Below, in pieces: positions 62,457 to 64,000 of a stretch of DNA of 64,000 bases (positions are counted from its first letter, which is position 1; each line of letters opens with the position of its first letter). The notes below the pieces were generated by a model that was not told the DNA's origin, made no database searches, and worked only from the letters and a program-made list of their open reading frames with translations. Origin of the DNA: an uncultured delta proteobacterium (GTDB lineage: Bacteria; Desulfobacterota; Syntrophorhabdia; Syntrophorhabdales; WCHB1-27). The translations under genes were made by a program, and so were the position numbers. The stretch spans positions 160,001 to 224,000 of the forward strand of contig CAWEPK010000012.1 in assembly GCA_963810935.1 (NCBI GenBank). The letters run 5' to 3'.

Positions 62457-63877
62457 TTACCCCGGCTCTATGTGGATTACGCCCGGCTCAGACCTCTTGA
62501 CGCGCTCCTTCAGCGCCTTCTCCAGGTCTCCGTTGCCTCGCGCACTGCCGCCGCCCCTTCTTCCGGCCGCATTGTGCAATGCACCGTCACCATGAATTCG
62601 CCCGGCCCCTCTTCTTCTATCGACACTCGCGTGCAGCCGATAATGCCCTTCCTCTCCCTTACAACCGCCTGCACCGCGCGCGCGAGGCCCTTGTCCTTCC
62701 ACACGGATACGTCCCTTACCGCCCCGGTCCGCCAGTCGATATGCGTGTTGATCTCCCTGATCGCCGGGTTGTCCCGCCGTATGCGCGCCTCCAGGTCGTC
62801 GGCCATCGCGTGCGCCTGCGCGAGCGTCATCTCGCCCTCCATCTCCAGGTCGAGGTCCGCGTGCATCCTGCCTGCGTCGTCATGCACCATGATGTGGTGC
62901 ACGTTGAAGCCGCCCTGCGCGCCCACCGCCCTGATGCGCTCCACGATGTCTTCGGCCTCCTTCGGCACGGGCCGCACGGTCGCCGTGACGTCCGCGTCCC
63001 CGATATGCTCCTTGATCGTCTCCTCGACGCGCCGGCGGATCGAGTAGCCCGTCTCCACGTCCAGGTTCCTGTCGATATCGACGGTCAGGTCCACGAATGT
63101 CTGCTTGCCAGCCTCGCGGGTACGCACGTTCTCCACGTCGATCACTTCCGGCATGCCGGAGACGATGTCCTTGATTTGCTCAGTCCTGTGCGGCGACGTC
63201 CGGTCGAGCAGCACGCCCGCCGCCTTCCCCACGATGCGCAGCACCATGCGCACCACGATGACGAGGATGAGGCAGGTGGTGGCGATATCGATCACGGAAT
63301 AGACCGCGCCGTAGGCCAAGGGGGGCCGCCCCGACGCAGCAGCGTATGCGCGTGCGGCATACGTTGCAAGAACGCCCGCCAGTGCGATGGACGAGGTGAG
63401 GAAATCCGCGCTGAAGTGGACCGCGTCCGCCTCGATCGCCGCGCTTTTGTATCGTCCCGCTATTTTTGCAAGCGCGCGCGAGCGCTGCATGTCGCACAGG
63501 ATGGAGACAACGAGCACGCAAGCCGCCCAGATGTTCGGCTCGATAAGGACGGCCTTGAAAAAGAGCCTCTCGATCACCTCTCTGAGGATAAGGGCGATGG
63601 CGAAGAAGAGCAGGAGCGACTCGGTGAAGGCGGCCAGGTTCTCCGCCTTGCCGTGGCCGTAGGGATGGTCCGCGTCAGCCGGTTTCTCCGCATACCTGAT
63701 GGCGAAAAAGGTGACGAGGGTGATGAGGGCGTCGAGGGCGGAATGGAGCGCCTCGGAAAGGAGCGTCAGGTACCCTGTCGCAAGCCCGACCGAAAGCTTC
63801 AGGACCACGAGGAGAAGGGCCGTAGCCAGTGAAACGACGGTTACCCTTCTCTTTTCCGCCTGCTCGGTCATGATCAT
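62457..63877 (-). CDS. Cation diffusion facilitator transporter with repeated C-terminal dimerisation domains (apparent frameshift near 62530)
   Basis: SEALHSALD, DADHPYGHGKAE and ADAVHFSAD motifs; C-terminus VIHIEPG in a shifted frame. Confidence 0.9.
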
Positions 63878-63910
63878 TTAATGTAATCGCCGGACGACTT
63901 GCCCGCCCCT

Positions 63911-64000
63911 TCAGAAGGCATATCCGAGCGTCCCGCCTACGGACACCCGCGCCGTGAACTGCATCTCCAGGCCCAGCCGCAGGCGGTCTATCCCCATCAC
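63911..64000 (-). CDS. 3' end of a gene running off the window, possibly an outer-membrane protein
   Basis: Open frame ...RLGLEMQFTARVSVGGTLGYAF-stop ending in Y-x-F. Confidence 0.45.
   Translation of the reverse strand: MMGIDRLRLGLEMQFTARVSVGGTLGYAF

Noticed and set aside
1081..63832. Long antisense or overlapping ORFs (e.g. 1081-2718 minus, 31695-32834 minus, 44721-45707 plus, 62579-63832 plus)
   Set aside because: These are shadow ORFs of GC-rich coding genes with no recognisable motifs.

Overview
GC-rich bacterial chromosome segment. Gene content (selenoproteins, FTR-rubredoxin, CheX, HcpR-like Crp/Fnr regulator) suggests an anaerobic Desulfobacterota/Syntrophorhabdus-like organism; this is an inference. 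It holds a complete nuoA-N complex I operon with fused nuoCD (1-14.4 kb), an accessory hotspot after nuoN (14.4-26.3 kb), housekeeping genes (truA, gyrA, gpsA, mnmA, ctpA), signalling genes and several redox, quinone and aromatic-metabolism genes. Many single-base frameshifts, including one in gyrA, look like long-read errors. The main finding is a set of short structured repeats that end next to a second copy of a neighbouring gene's 3' end: 26 bp of gyrA, about 48 bp of an esterase, 7 bp at ybgC and about 435 bp of nuoN. The gyrA and nuoN copies differ from their genes almost only at synonymous sites. This suggests an integrase-free, repeat-delimited route for adding DNA at gene ends. Also found: two selenoproteins split by the ORF caller (rhodanese-like CxU and OsmC-like), each with a SECIS-like hairpin; a GHKL ATPase-nuclease gene next to a solo attC-like site; a cyanobacterial Slr0320-like radical SAM gene abutting a UbiA prenyltransferase gene; and a Crp/Fnr regulator with a candidate GTA-N8-TAC operator. 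No rRNA, tRNA, CRISPR array or integrase was recognised.
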